Positions 46,830-55,187 of a stretch of DNA of 63,712 bases are shown in pieces (within the stretch, counting starts at the first letter, position 1; each line of letters opens with the position of its first letter). The position numbers and the translations under genes were made by a program. The notes under the pieces are model-generated. The model had not been told where the DNA came from, searched no databases, and saw only the letters and a program-made list of their open reading frames with translations. Location of the stretch: assembly GCA_025354795.1 (NCBI GenBank), contig JANXMF010000224.1:1-63712 (forward strand). The letters run 5' to 3'. Source of the stretch: Pseudobdellovibrionaceae bacterium. Its GTDB lineage: Bacteria; Bdellovibrionota; Bdellovibrionia; Bdellovibrionales; UBA1609.

Positions 46830-48037
46830 TGCGGTCCACTTTTGAAGAAAGCCGTGACTGTTTCCGCCACATGTTCGAGATCGGCCGCGACCATGCTGGG
46901 ATGGCAGCCCCAAAACAAACCGTGATCCATCACTTGATCGGCATTTTTTAGGTCACCGACGATGCGGTGAGCGACAAGATGGAACGCCGGCTGGCGCGCC
47001 ATATTGCCACAAATAATCGGCCGGGTTTCCACTCCCGATTTTTCCAAATGCTCGCGCAAGCGATTGCGCAACTCTTGCGTGCGTAAAATTATCGGATAGC
47101 CGAACCAAGTGGGTTCGGTGCCGGAGGTCGCGTTCATCACCTGAAAGTGGCCGGCGGCGATGAGCGGTGCGAGCGCTTGGTTCCAAAAGCCCACAATCTC
47201 GCGCCGCTTGTTATTAAACCGTTCTAGTTTAGGTAGCTGATTGACGCCAAACGCGGCGTTGATTTCCGTCGGGCGCAGATTAAAGCCGGTATTAACAAAC
47301 AAGAAACGCGGGTCGATCTCGGGATGCTTTTGTTCCCATTGCGTGCGCGCGTGCATCTGCCGGGTCCAACCATGGGCGCGCAGACAGCGCATCAGATCCG
47401 CCAGTTCATCGTCTTCAGTGACCACCATGCCGCCCTCGATGGTGGTGATGTGATGGGAAAAATAAAAACTGTAGGTGCCAATATCGGAAAAGGTACCGGT
47501 AAAACGGCCGTCTTGGCGCGTGCCGAGCGACTCGCAAGTGTCTTCGATCACCCATAAACTGTGTTCACGCGCGAGGTCCATCAACGCTTTCATGGGCACG
47601 GCGTTGCCGAGCACATGCACCGGGCAAATGGCCACGGTGCGTTCCGTGATCGCGGCCTTTACTTGCCCCAAATCCATTTGCAAGGTGTGTAGGTCGCAGT
47701 CAACCAACACGGGCGTCGCGCCGGCCTGCACCAGCGGCCAGATCGTAGTGGACCAAGTCACTGCCGGCACAATCACTTCGCAGCCGGGAGTGAGGCGGCG
47801 CTTTCCGTTCTTCAATTCGAGCAGGGGATTGGCGAGAGCAAACGCAGCGAGCAGATTGGCGCTGGAGCCGGAATTGACAAAAAGAGCGTGGCGCACGCCA
47901 AGATGCTTGGCAAAATCCGCTTCAAAGCGGCTACAGAGTGCGCCCATGGTAATCATTCCTGAGCGCAGCACCGCTATGGCCGCATTGATCTCATCGTCAT
48001 CAAAGGTACAACTGTTGAGCGGAATCTTGCGATGCAC
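46826..48037 (-). CDS. colD: DegT/AHBA-synthase-family PLP/PMP enzyme with His in place of the Schiff-base Lys: GDP-4-keto-6-deoxy-D-mannose 3-dehydratase (ColD)-like
   Basis: [36 protein letters not shown] (His codons 47450-47455), [21 protein letters not shown]. Confidence 0.65.
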   Translation of the reverse strand: MHRKIPLNSCTFDDDEINAAIAVLRSGMITMGALCSRFEADFAKHLGVRHALFVNSGSSANLLAAFALANPLLELKNGKRRLTPGCEVIVPAVTWSTTIWPLVQAGATPVLVDCDLHTLQMDLGQVKAAITERTVAICPVHVLGNAVPMKALMDLAREHSLWVIEDTCESLGTRQDGRFTGTFSDIGTYSFYFSHHITTIEGGMVVTEDDELADLMRCLRAHGWTRQMHARTQWEQKHPEIDPRFLFVNTGFNLRPTEINAAFGVNQLPKLERFNNKRREIVGFWNQALAPLIAAGHFQVMNATSGTEPTWFGYPIILRTQELRNRLREHLEKSGVETRPIICGNMARQPAFHLVAHRIVGDLKNADQVMDHGLFWGCHPSMVAADLEHVAETVTAFFKSGPQ

Positions 48038-48067
48038 AAAAAGCTCCTGAGCGCGCGACCTGACCTT

Positions 48068-48098
48068 TAATACTCATCTTTATGTTAGATGAGTATTA
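48068..48098. promoter_or_regulatory. perfect 12-bp inverted repeat (TAATACTCATCT-n7-AGATGAGTATTA) 31-61 nt upstream of the colD-like start; candidate operator or leader hairpin
   Basis: Read directly: 48068-48079 is the exact reverse complement of 48087-48098. Confidence 0.5.
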
Positions 48099-48281
48099 TA
48101 AAGTCAATCCGCGGTCCCAAGCGTGGTTGCTGCGGAGCGGAAAGGCGTTTTATTTGCTGTGCAAAATCTCACGCACGCAAATCACCGCGGCTTTTTGATC
48201 GGCGGCCGTATTGATGTACTGGATCACTTCGGGAGCCCGCTCCACATAGACCGGTCGAGGTGAGCTTCGCCAGGCGCAGCC

Positions 48282-48698
48282 CTAGTGTTGGTCAACCCAA
48301 TCCCAAATCATTTGCACGGCCTGAGCTTGGGTGAGCTTGCCACTGTTGAGGCCATCAAAAGTGCGCTGTTCCACCACGTCCTTATCTTTGGCTTCGCTGA
48401 GTGGCTGCGGCCACAGGTTTGCCACACTGCTGTCGCCGCCGGAATTGAGCGGAATCAGATGATCGAACTCATACTTGGGCCATTCGGATTCGGGAAGTCC
48501 GCCATAGAGCTGAGCGACTTGCGCTTTCTTATCATGTGAAACATTACGCTTACAGTAGGCGAGATGGGCGGCATAGCGGTAGCCCGTAAAGTCGGGATTG
48601 GCGGGAGTGCAAAGCTCTCCCGGAGTGAGCTTGGCATTGGGTTTGACGGCAAAGGCCTGGCAGGTCACAACGGTAAGGAGCAAAATCAGAATTTTCAT
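48282..48698 (-). CDS. secreted HNH-family nuclease
   Basis: Signal peptide MKILILLLTVVTCQAFA. HNH core YEFDHLIPLNSGGDSSVANLWPQP. Confidence 0.7.
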   Translation of the reverse strand: MKILILLLTVVTCQAFAVKPNAKLTPGELCTPANPDFTGYRYAAHLAYCKRNVSHDKKAQVAQLYGGLPESEWPKYEFDHLIPLNSGGDSSVANLWPQPLSEAKDKDVVEQRTFDGLNSGKLTQAQAVQMIWDWVDQH

Positions 48699-48699
48699 A

Positions 48700-49521
48700 T
48701 CAGCGCCAAATCCCTTCGATAGTGGTTGCGTTTTGGTCGCCAAGGCCAAAGTTCCCCAGCGCCCAGTTATCCTCGACCAAGCGAAGTAAACTATAATTAT
48801 TTAGTGATGCGTTTGAAACGGCGCCCGGCTGCACACTGTCGCCGAGCATAAGGGTCAAAATCGCATTGCCGCCCAAAATCTCGCTTTCGTCAAACGTCAG
48901 CACAAACAGCGTGCCAGTCATGAATCGCGGATCGTTGAGGAGGGGGCCAAACTTCTCGCTTAGCCAGCGAGTGGCAAACTGAACGTCGGTGTCATGGCCA
49001 TCGTTGTTCATATCCGGAATGTACAGCGCGTATTCGGGCAGTGAGCCACTGGCGATATCGCTTTCAAGCGTGGCCGGAGCGGTGATATTTGCACAGCGTG
49101 CCGAATTGTTCGTGACATTGACGTAACTCAGAAACGGCACATGCTTGCGCACATATCGTCCTTGAACTTCTCCCACAAAACAATTTCCGGGATAACCTTC
49201 GGCGTAGACTCTCCATTTTAAGTTCTTGTTCTCAAGCAAATCGCCAACGTGCGAGACGTCGAGATTGACCTTGCCGTCGCTCAGGACTCCGTGCGTACTT
49301 CCGGAGGTCATAGCGATGTAATTGGGTTGGGAAGGATGAGCTTCGCCGCGAAATTTTTGCAACAGGGCACCGCGCTCGATCAGAGCTTTAATAAAAGGTT
49401 GTTGCACGGCCTCGCTATAATTTGCATTTTCCAAAATGATGGTAAAAATGCGTTGAAACCTGGGATCCCCGTGGCTGTTGATGGATACGAATACTAAGAA
49501 AATCGCCAGTCCGTATTTCAT
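48700..49521 (-). CDS. secreted phosphoesterase-family protein (acid phosphatase / phospholipase C-like)
   Basis: Signal peptide MKYGLAIFLVFVSINSHG. Motifs IILENANYSEA and AHPSQPNYIAMTSG. Confidence 0.6.
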   Translation of the reverse strand: MKYGLAIFLVFVSINSHGDPRFQRIFTIILENANYSEAVQQPFIKALIERGALLQKFRGEAHPSQPNYIAMTSGSTHGVLSDGKVNLDVSHVGDLLENKNLKWRVYAEGYPGNCFVGEVQGRYVRKHVPFLSYVNVTNNSARCANITAPATLESDIASGSLPEYALYIPDMNNDGHDTDVQFATRWLSEKFGPLLNDPRFMTGTLFVLTFDESEILGGNAILTLMLGDSVQPGAVSNASLNNYSLLRLVEDNWALGNFGLGDQNATTIEGIWR

Positions 49522-49670
49522 GCTATCCCCCTTTGGTTGCGAAGATCGTTGCGCAAGAGATTTGGATTGTCGAATGGAGTTGAGCTAGGGACTCTGCGAA
49601 ACTAGACTGAAGTCTAGGTTGTGGAGTGCCTGGCGTTGGGAATTGTATAGTTAGTTGCACAGGGAATGGG

Positions 49671-50078
49671 TCACAGAATGAATTCTACGAAGCTAGTTAT
49701 TCTAAACAGGCGCATCAGGAGCTGGAAAAGCGACTCTCGTAGAAGCGCTTGGACAGATTTGGCGCCGGGAACTTGTTGCTGTTGATAAACGCCGTTAGGC
49801 AGACCAACGAAAATCTTGACCCGGCCGCCCAGAGAATGCGGCGAATAGTTAAATTCGGTGGCGGCGATAACTGAAGAACCTCCCGGGCCCGGCGAGAATC
49901 TATAGCACTGTTCGATGCCGACCTTGCCGGGATCGGTGTCGGCGCGCGAGGCTCCCACACAAACGATATCGTCAGGTGGAGAGTGGTCGTCCTCGGCGGC
50001 AGCCGCGAGCGCAGCACGGTTCATTTGCAGCGGCGCCGTTTCGGCCGCAGACGATTGGGTGAGGGCGCTTAAACTCAA
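49671..50078 (-). CDS. hypothetical, probably exported protein; start unresolved
   Basis: The ORF track uses a TTG at 50078. The in-frame upstream codons (to 50108) read IKYIAYCALL, which would complete a signal peptide but has no canonical start codon. Confidence 0.3.
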   Translation of the reverse strand: MSLSALTQSSAAETAPLQMNRAALAAAAEDDHSPPDDIVCVGASRADTDPGKVGIEQCYRFSPGPGGSSVIAATEFNYSPHSLGGRVKIFVGLPNGVYQQQQVPGAKSVQALLRESLFQLLMRLFRITSFVEFIL

Positions 50079-50271
50079 GAGCGCACAATAAGCGATGTAT
50101 TTTATTAGACCCTTATTATACTATGCGCCATCGTCTGTCATCTACGTAAGCATGAAATTAACAATCACATATAACCATTTATAATCACTATGTATTTTAG
50201 ATCTCTCTAAGTTTGAGCGCCGACCTTGACCTGGCGATAAGCGAGTAAGTAGTTTGCGGGAGGAGCCGTAC

Positions 50272-50572
50272 ATGGCCAAAAGCCAGCGTTTTGCAGCCCT
50301 TGGTGTGAGCACATTGCTTTCCTCGCCTTTCAAAATTGTGCCGCGCCCAATAATATCCCCGCAACCGAAGCGAGCAGTGGTGCGGCCCCCCGCTGTTGGC
50401 ACTGAACGCTGGCGCCTGGTCGACCGTGAGTGCCGAAGGTTATGTGACTTTGGGCCAAGGAACCCATGTCTTTTATGTCATGGTCGACAATGGCACAGTG
50501 GGCACTCTGCAAATGGCCGATGCGATCAGCGATGGCTTCAATTATTGTGTGGTCACCGCTTGGCCGTTATAA
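50272..50572 (+). pseudogene. small gene interrupted by a frameshift at a C6 tract (50386-50391)
   Basis: GGGAGGAG RBS before the ATG at 50272. Frame 1 reads MAKSQRFAALGVSTLLSS...RPP. The +1 frame continues LLALNAGAWSTVSAEGYVTLGQGTHVFYVMVDNGTVGTLQMADAISDGFNYCVVTAWPL and stops at 50570-50572. Confidence 0.45.
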
Positions 50573-50674
50573 ACAATTAGTATTTATATGTAAAAATGCA
50601 TCAAGTCATACGATGGCAAGCATAAGCAAAAACCTCAACAAAACTAAAATTCGCCCTGTAATTGCTTCAGAATT

Positions 50675-50696
50675 GCGGTTTTTTTAAAAAAACCGC
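50675..50696. terminator. 22-nt perfect palindrome GCGGTTTTTTTAAAAAAACCGC (bidirectional terminator-like)
   Basis: Read directly. Lies between the frameshifted gene and 50751-51554. Confidence 0.5.
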
Positions 50697-50750
50697 GACC
50701 CTCTCGGGCGGAGTGAGTAGCAATGACTTCATTCTCGGGGGGGGATTCCA

Positions 50751-51554
50751 ATGCGCAATAGATCCAGTTTCGCTATTTTACCGCAAACTATTTTAATAAT
50801 GCTAATGCTCGTGGTTACCAGCGAGGCGGGTGCAAGAGATGCTTGCGCCGAATTCTTGGGGGCCGGGCCAGCTCCTTCCGTTGAGTCCGCGTTTGAGTTA
50901 AGCAATATTCGCGGTTTGATGCTGGCAATAGCTGGGGTGGCCGAAGCCAAGACCAAGCATGAACGCAACGAGGCGGCGCGTGAGACCATCGCTTATGCCA
51001 ATCTGATATTCGATGAAATTTGCAATTTGGCCTACGTGCTCGATAAGGCCGGCCGCACGAGGGATGTTGAACCCGCAGGTTTGCGCGTCGAAATTTTCCA
51101 AACTCGCTCTTTGTTACAGGGTATGTTCGGGCTCAGGGCGAGCGACCTCAAGCGGGCCATCGCACTTCGGGTCGACGGCATTCGTGCCCTCGATCATCCC
51201 ACCGATCCGATAGGCTATGTTTGGCCTAAGGCTGGAGATCCGAGTCAACAAGGAGTGGAGTCGCGAATGAACGCCATGGTTCATATTGGTCGACCCGCGA
51301 CGGAGCCGACGTCCGACCTTGCCTATGGCCGTGAGCATTTGGCCGAGGAATTGACCCCGACTGAGGATATCGTGATTCTACCCGTCGGTCTTGATCGCGT
51401 GCCGAACCGTCCACAGGCGGCTTTAGGACCAGAGACTCATGTCGCACTCGGCTTTGCGAGAGTGAAGCCAGCCTTTGTGGACGACACCTTTGATCTGGCC
51501 ATATACCTTGATGTCGGGGCTGGGGTCTTTGGAGTAATGCCGTTTCCTAAATGA
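50751..51554 (+). CDS. exported hypothetical protein
   Basis: N-terminal signal-like MRNRSSFAILPQTILIMLMLVVTSEAGA. No family recognised. Confidence 0.5.
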   Translation: MRNRSSFAILPQTILIMLMLVVTSEAGARDACAEFLGAGPAPSVESAFELSNIRGLMLAIAGVAEAKTKHERNEAARETIAYANLIFDEICNLAYVLDKAGRTRDVEPAGLRVEIFQTRSLLQGMFGLRASDLKRAIALRVDGIRALDHPTDPIGYVWPKAGDPSQQGVESRMNAMVHIGRPATEPTSDLAYGREHLAEELTPTEDIVILPVGLDRVPNRPQAALGPETHVALGFARVKPAFVDDTFDLAIYLDVGAGVFGVMPFPK

Positions 51555-51699
51555 GTGTGTGCGAACGACTCAAACTGAGATGTGAATTGAATCAACATCA
51601 GCCTAGCATTCTCATTGGACAAAATCAGAGTTCAACGCAATGATCATAGAGCGCCAGTGTTTAAAACATTCGCGTTTAACCTTTCCATGGGAGAAGAGA

Positions 51700-52041
51700 A
51701 TGGCCAAAGCCAAGAAGAAAGCGACTAAAAAAGCGACCAAAAAAGCCACCGCTAAAAAAGCACCGGCCAAAAAAGCGAAAACCAGCAAACGCAAGCCCAA
51801 TGCGGCCTTCATGCGCAAGCTCTCGATTAGCGATGCTCTAGCCGCAGTGATCGGCGCCGGCGACCGCGCGCGTACGGAAGTGGTGAGTGCGCTGTGGAAA
51901 TACATCAAAAAACACGACCTGCAAGACCCCAAGAATCGTCGAAACATCCTCGCCGACGACAAACTGAAAGCGGTTTTCGGTGGCAAAGGCGTAGTCAATA
52001 TGTTCGAAATGACTAAGCACGTCAGCAAACATCTGAAATAA
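51700..52041 (+). CDS. SWIB/MDM2-domain protein with lysine/alanine-rich histone-H1-like N-terminal tail
   Basis: GGGAGAAGAGA RBS. Tail MAKAKKKATKKATKKATAKKAPAKKAKTSKRK. SWIB core LSDALAAVIG...RTEVVSALWKYIKKHDLQDPKNRRNILADDKLKAVFG. Confidence 0.8.
   Translation: MAKAKKKATKKATKKATAKKAPAKKAKTSKRKPNAAFMRKLSISDALAAVIGAGDRARTEVVSALWKYIKKHDLQDPKNRRNILADDKLKAVFGGKGVVNMFEMTKHVSKHLK
51712..51780 (+). repeat. imperfect 12-nt tandem coding repeat (AAAAAAGCNACY, KKAT units)
   Basis: Read directly within the SWIB gene tail. Confidence 0.6.
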
Positions 52042-52053
52042 ATAGACTCGACG

Positions 52054-52087
52054 CGCGAGCCGTCTTTGGCGGTCTCGCGTGATTTTT
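52054..52087 (+). terminator. rho-independent terminator after the SWIB gene
   Basis: A 9-bp stem with one bulge (52054-52062 pairs with 52070-52079), followed by TGATTTTTA. Confidence 0.6.
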
Positions 52088-54392
52088 AGAGTACGTCGTC
52101 CGCTTCCACTTTAGCGCACGTACGCAGGGCGGTTGGTCCCTCGAGGCCCCGAACTTTGTAGGTGGGCGGAGTCGTCCACGAATATTCCGGCTCCGGTCTA
52201 AGGATTTTCAGAAACTCAATGAGTTCGCTCTTTTCTCCGGCGCTGAGTTTGGTGCCAAATTCATGGCCTCGGTTGCGATTGCCCACGTCTGCGGTGTCCA
52301 TGCAGTTAGCGGGATGCAAAATACAGCGCACGAGATTGTCCTTCACTGCACGTGGTGTGGTGAGCGGATTAAAGGTGCCAAGTGCATAGGTATACCTTTG
52401 TCCTTCCGTGATCGGTTCGTTCGCCACCGGATCACTATCGAATCCCAGGCGCCGAGCGTCGTAGGTGTGAGTGCCTAAAAAGAAAAAGCGCGGGCGGTTC
52501 GTGCTGAGTAAACTCTCCAAGTTTTGCACCGATCCATTGTGTAAATAAGGCGCCGTGGCCCATACTCCCGCCAAGTTGCGTGCGGAGTAGGCTTCACCCG
52601 CGTGGCCGACATTGTCGAAATAAACGACCTCAGTATTTTCCGGAAATAATTTTTCGCCCAAATAGGTGTCGCGGAACACTTCGCCGCCGCGTATTTCGGC
52701 GCGCTGCCAAACCGCGACTTCACTCATGGGAATTTGATACTGTCTAAAATAGTGATCGCGCACATTTTTAGTGAAAGTGAAGAGGGCTTCGCGAAACGGC
52801 AGGGGATGACCGGCCTTGAGAACAGGTGTGCCTTGCAATTTGGCATAATTCTCGTCGGTACCGATCACCTGCGGACTAAAAATTTGCGCGCCAATTAGGC
52901 GCTGTGCGGGACCCAGGCGTTCACCTGCGGAATCATGGCAGCCAGCGCAGTTGCGTTGAAAGGTGGTGCAGCCGGCAATGGCCTTATCGATCGCGACGGG
53001 GCTTTCGGGAAAGGCCTCCTGCCAATTGGGAATTTTAATTTTATAGAGCAACGATTCCAACTGATTGAGATTGTGGAGATTGGCGGTGGCCGAGCAATTA
53101 TTGGTGTCGCAAGTACCATCCCCAGTCAAAATCGCGCCGAGGCCGAAGGCTTGCCCGATATTGCGCATGATCACCGAATTGGTATTGCTGTTGTAGTGAA
53201 ACGCGGTTTTATATTTGATGGCCCACATGGGCGGCACTGAAACCGTGGCGGTCAAAGCAATCGGATTGTCGCCGCGCGCGACCCAGTTGGAAATGCGCCC
53301 AAACGCATCGGTGCGGGCAAAGCCTTCGTTGGTGGTCTGAATCTCCGGATTGGCACCGAGTAGAAACGACAGCCATTTCATGCGCAATTTTAAGGTGGAG
53401 CTGATTTCAGCTTCTGGAATGCTATAAGTCAGAGCCAGCAATTTGACCAGGTACTCCTGCACCAATTCGCGCTTTTCAAACAGATCTTGTTTAAGCATGC
53501 GAATCTTAGTTTCACCCAAGAGCCGGGTCGTTATAAAGCGCGGGCGGTCTCCGCCCGAGGCATGTCCATCTGATAAAAAAGACTGCAGCTCACCTAAGGT
53601 ATAGAGCCCGCGGCCGAGAAGCTTTAATCTAAATGTCGACGAAAGATCTTTGGCGATGTTACTCGCATAGTCTCTAACATCGGGTGAACCGGTATCTTGC
53701 AGCAAGGTCGTCAAAAGTTTTTCATCGAGCAGGGTTTTCACCGTCGAGCCCGCGAGATCCTGAAAAAATCCGCGGATGTACAGCATATTAGGAGCGCCTT
53801 CAAACAGGCGAGATTTGCCGCCCACGGAAATCTGTCCCGAATGGCAGAATGCGCAATTGGTGCCGACCATGGCGATCGACTTCTGGCCATTGGAGAGCGT
53901 GCGCGCATTGTAAACTTCGCTGCTTTGAAGCGGCTCATCTTCGCGCGCCAAGAGCGCATCGGATTCGGTGGGAGGCGCATCGCTCCAGGCCGCGGTGAGG
54001 CCAACGTACTTTATAGGATAGCGATGATGAGTGCCGCGATCCACGAGCACGCCGAATTTCTGATCCAAGTCCTGGGCAAGTGGAGTGTTCGGCATGGGAC
54101 TGGCCTGACTCTGAATATGGAGAAACCAGCGCAGCGGGAAAACATCGCTGCCCTCACTCAAGTGCCAGAGGAGGGAGCTTTCTTCAGCGTTTAGTCCTGG
54201 AGGAAATTCCACTCGCGCCCGCGACAGTGGCGGCTGCTGCTTTTCAAGAAACGTCTGAAAGCGTGATTCAGCCTCGGTGTGCGCCCGGAATGACTGATTG
54301 AATTGGTCGGTCCCGTACTGCGAGGCGGGGTCGATTTGTGCGTTGGCGCACGGGAGTACACTTAAGAGAGCGATGCAAAAATATTTTTTCAT
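52086..54392 (-). CDS. exported dihaem c-type cytochrome, paralogue of 30985-33360
   Basis: Signal peptide MKKYFCIALLSVLPCANA. CXXCH at 53841-53855 (CAFCH) and 52935-52949 (CAGCH). WATAPYLHNGSVQNLESLL. Long colinear similarity to the first copy. Confidence 0.7.
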   Translation of the reverse strand: MKKYFCIALLSVLPCANAQIDPASQYGTDQFNQSFRAHTEAESRFQTFLEKQQPPLSRARVEFPPGLNAEESSLLWHLSEGSDVFPLRWFLHIQSQASPMPNTPLAQDLDQKFGVLVDRGTHHRYPIKYVGLTAAWSDAPPTESDALLAREDEPLQSSEVYNARTLSNGQKSIAMVGTNCAFCHSGQISVGGKSRLFEGAPNMLYIRGFFQDLAGSTVKTLLDEKLLTTLLQDTGSPDVRDYASNIAKDLSSTFRLKLLGRGLYTLGELQSFLSDGHASGGDRPRFITTRLLGETKIRMLKQDLFEKRELVQEYLVKLLALTYSIPEAEISSTLKLRMKWLSFLLGANPEIQTTNEGFARTDAFGRISNWVARGDNPIALTATVSVPPMWAIKYKTAFHYNSNTNSVIMRNIGQAFGLGAILTGDGTCDTNNCSATANLHNLNQLESLLYKIKIPNWQEAFPESPVAIDKAIAGCTTFQRNCAGCHDSAGERLGPAQRLIGAQIFSPQVIGTDENYAKLQGTPVLKAGHPLPFREALFTFTKNVRDHYFRQYQIPMSEVAVWQRAEIRGGEVFRDTYLGEKLFPENTEVVYFDNVGHAGEAYSARNLAGVWATAPYLHNGSVQNLESLLSTNRPRFFFLGTHTYDARRLGFDSDPVANEPITEGQRYTYALGTFNPLTTPRAVKDNLVRCILHPANCMDTADVGNRNRGHEFGTKLSAGEKSELIEFLKILRPEPEYSWTTPPTYKVRGLEGPTALRTCAKVEADDVL

Positions 54393-54678
54393 ACTGGTGC
54401 GGGAGGGTAGGCGATTTTGATTTGATAAACAAAAAGAATATTTACACGGTGGGCAGTTCAACCGAACCGAAATTTTGCGTCACCCGCCACTCGCGAGCGC
54501 CAATTTCCGGCGTCATAATCCCCAGCTTGAAGTGGTGGAGATTGACTGGGATGCGGTGGAGGCATTGGTTTCGTTAAACTTGGCCGGGGAGTCGCCTCAC
54601 GAAAGCGCAAAATGGACGACAGGCATGAATTCTGCAACGCCTAAGAGAAATTGACTAAACTGCTTTAACTGAGGACCG

Positions 54679-55148
54679 ATGCGTAATCCTTTCATAATTT
54701 TGCTTCTTTCGGTGGGTCTCTGGTCGTGCCGGTGGAGCGAATAGGTGCCGGGCTCCATTTGGCTCGAGTTCGCCTCTATGCGGAAAATGTACCGGCAATT
54801 ATTTCCGTTGAATCCTTCGTGCCCTGCGATCTCAATGAATATTTGGAAGCCCAAGCCAAACTCGTGTCGCAACGGCTTGAGTCAAGCTCTCAATATGGCT
54901 TTGTGCGAGTGCCGAGTCTACTAACCAAGCTCAACAGTGTAGGCGCTTTGGGCGGGCCAGAAATGTTGGTGGATCGACTCCCATCCGAGGTAATGGTGCA
55001 AATGAAGAATGATTCTGTTTTTGCAGAGGGCACGTTTTTTAGAACCGAAGGGTCATTAGTTGGTCAAATTCTGCCGAACTATATGCTCTTCTACAAGACA
55101 GGTGGGATTGTTTATTTTGTGGGCCATTATAAACATGCGAAACGCTGA
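54679..55148 (+). pseudogene. lipoprotein-like gene with signal peptide out of frame with the body (frameshift near 54727-54744)
   Basis: The ATG at 54679 (after GAGGA) encodes MRNPFIILLLSVGLWSCRWSE and stops at 54742. The 140-aa ORF body (54726-55148) lies in the -1 frame and has no signal of its own. Confidence 0.45.
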
Positions 55149-55187
55149 ATCGGCAATTTTGAAAGAGTCTTCGCTGACCTAAACCAA

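Noticed and set aside
47475-48050. 191-aa antisense ORF across the colD-like gene
   Set aside because: An antisense shadow. The sense protein matches the ColD pattern along its length.
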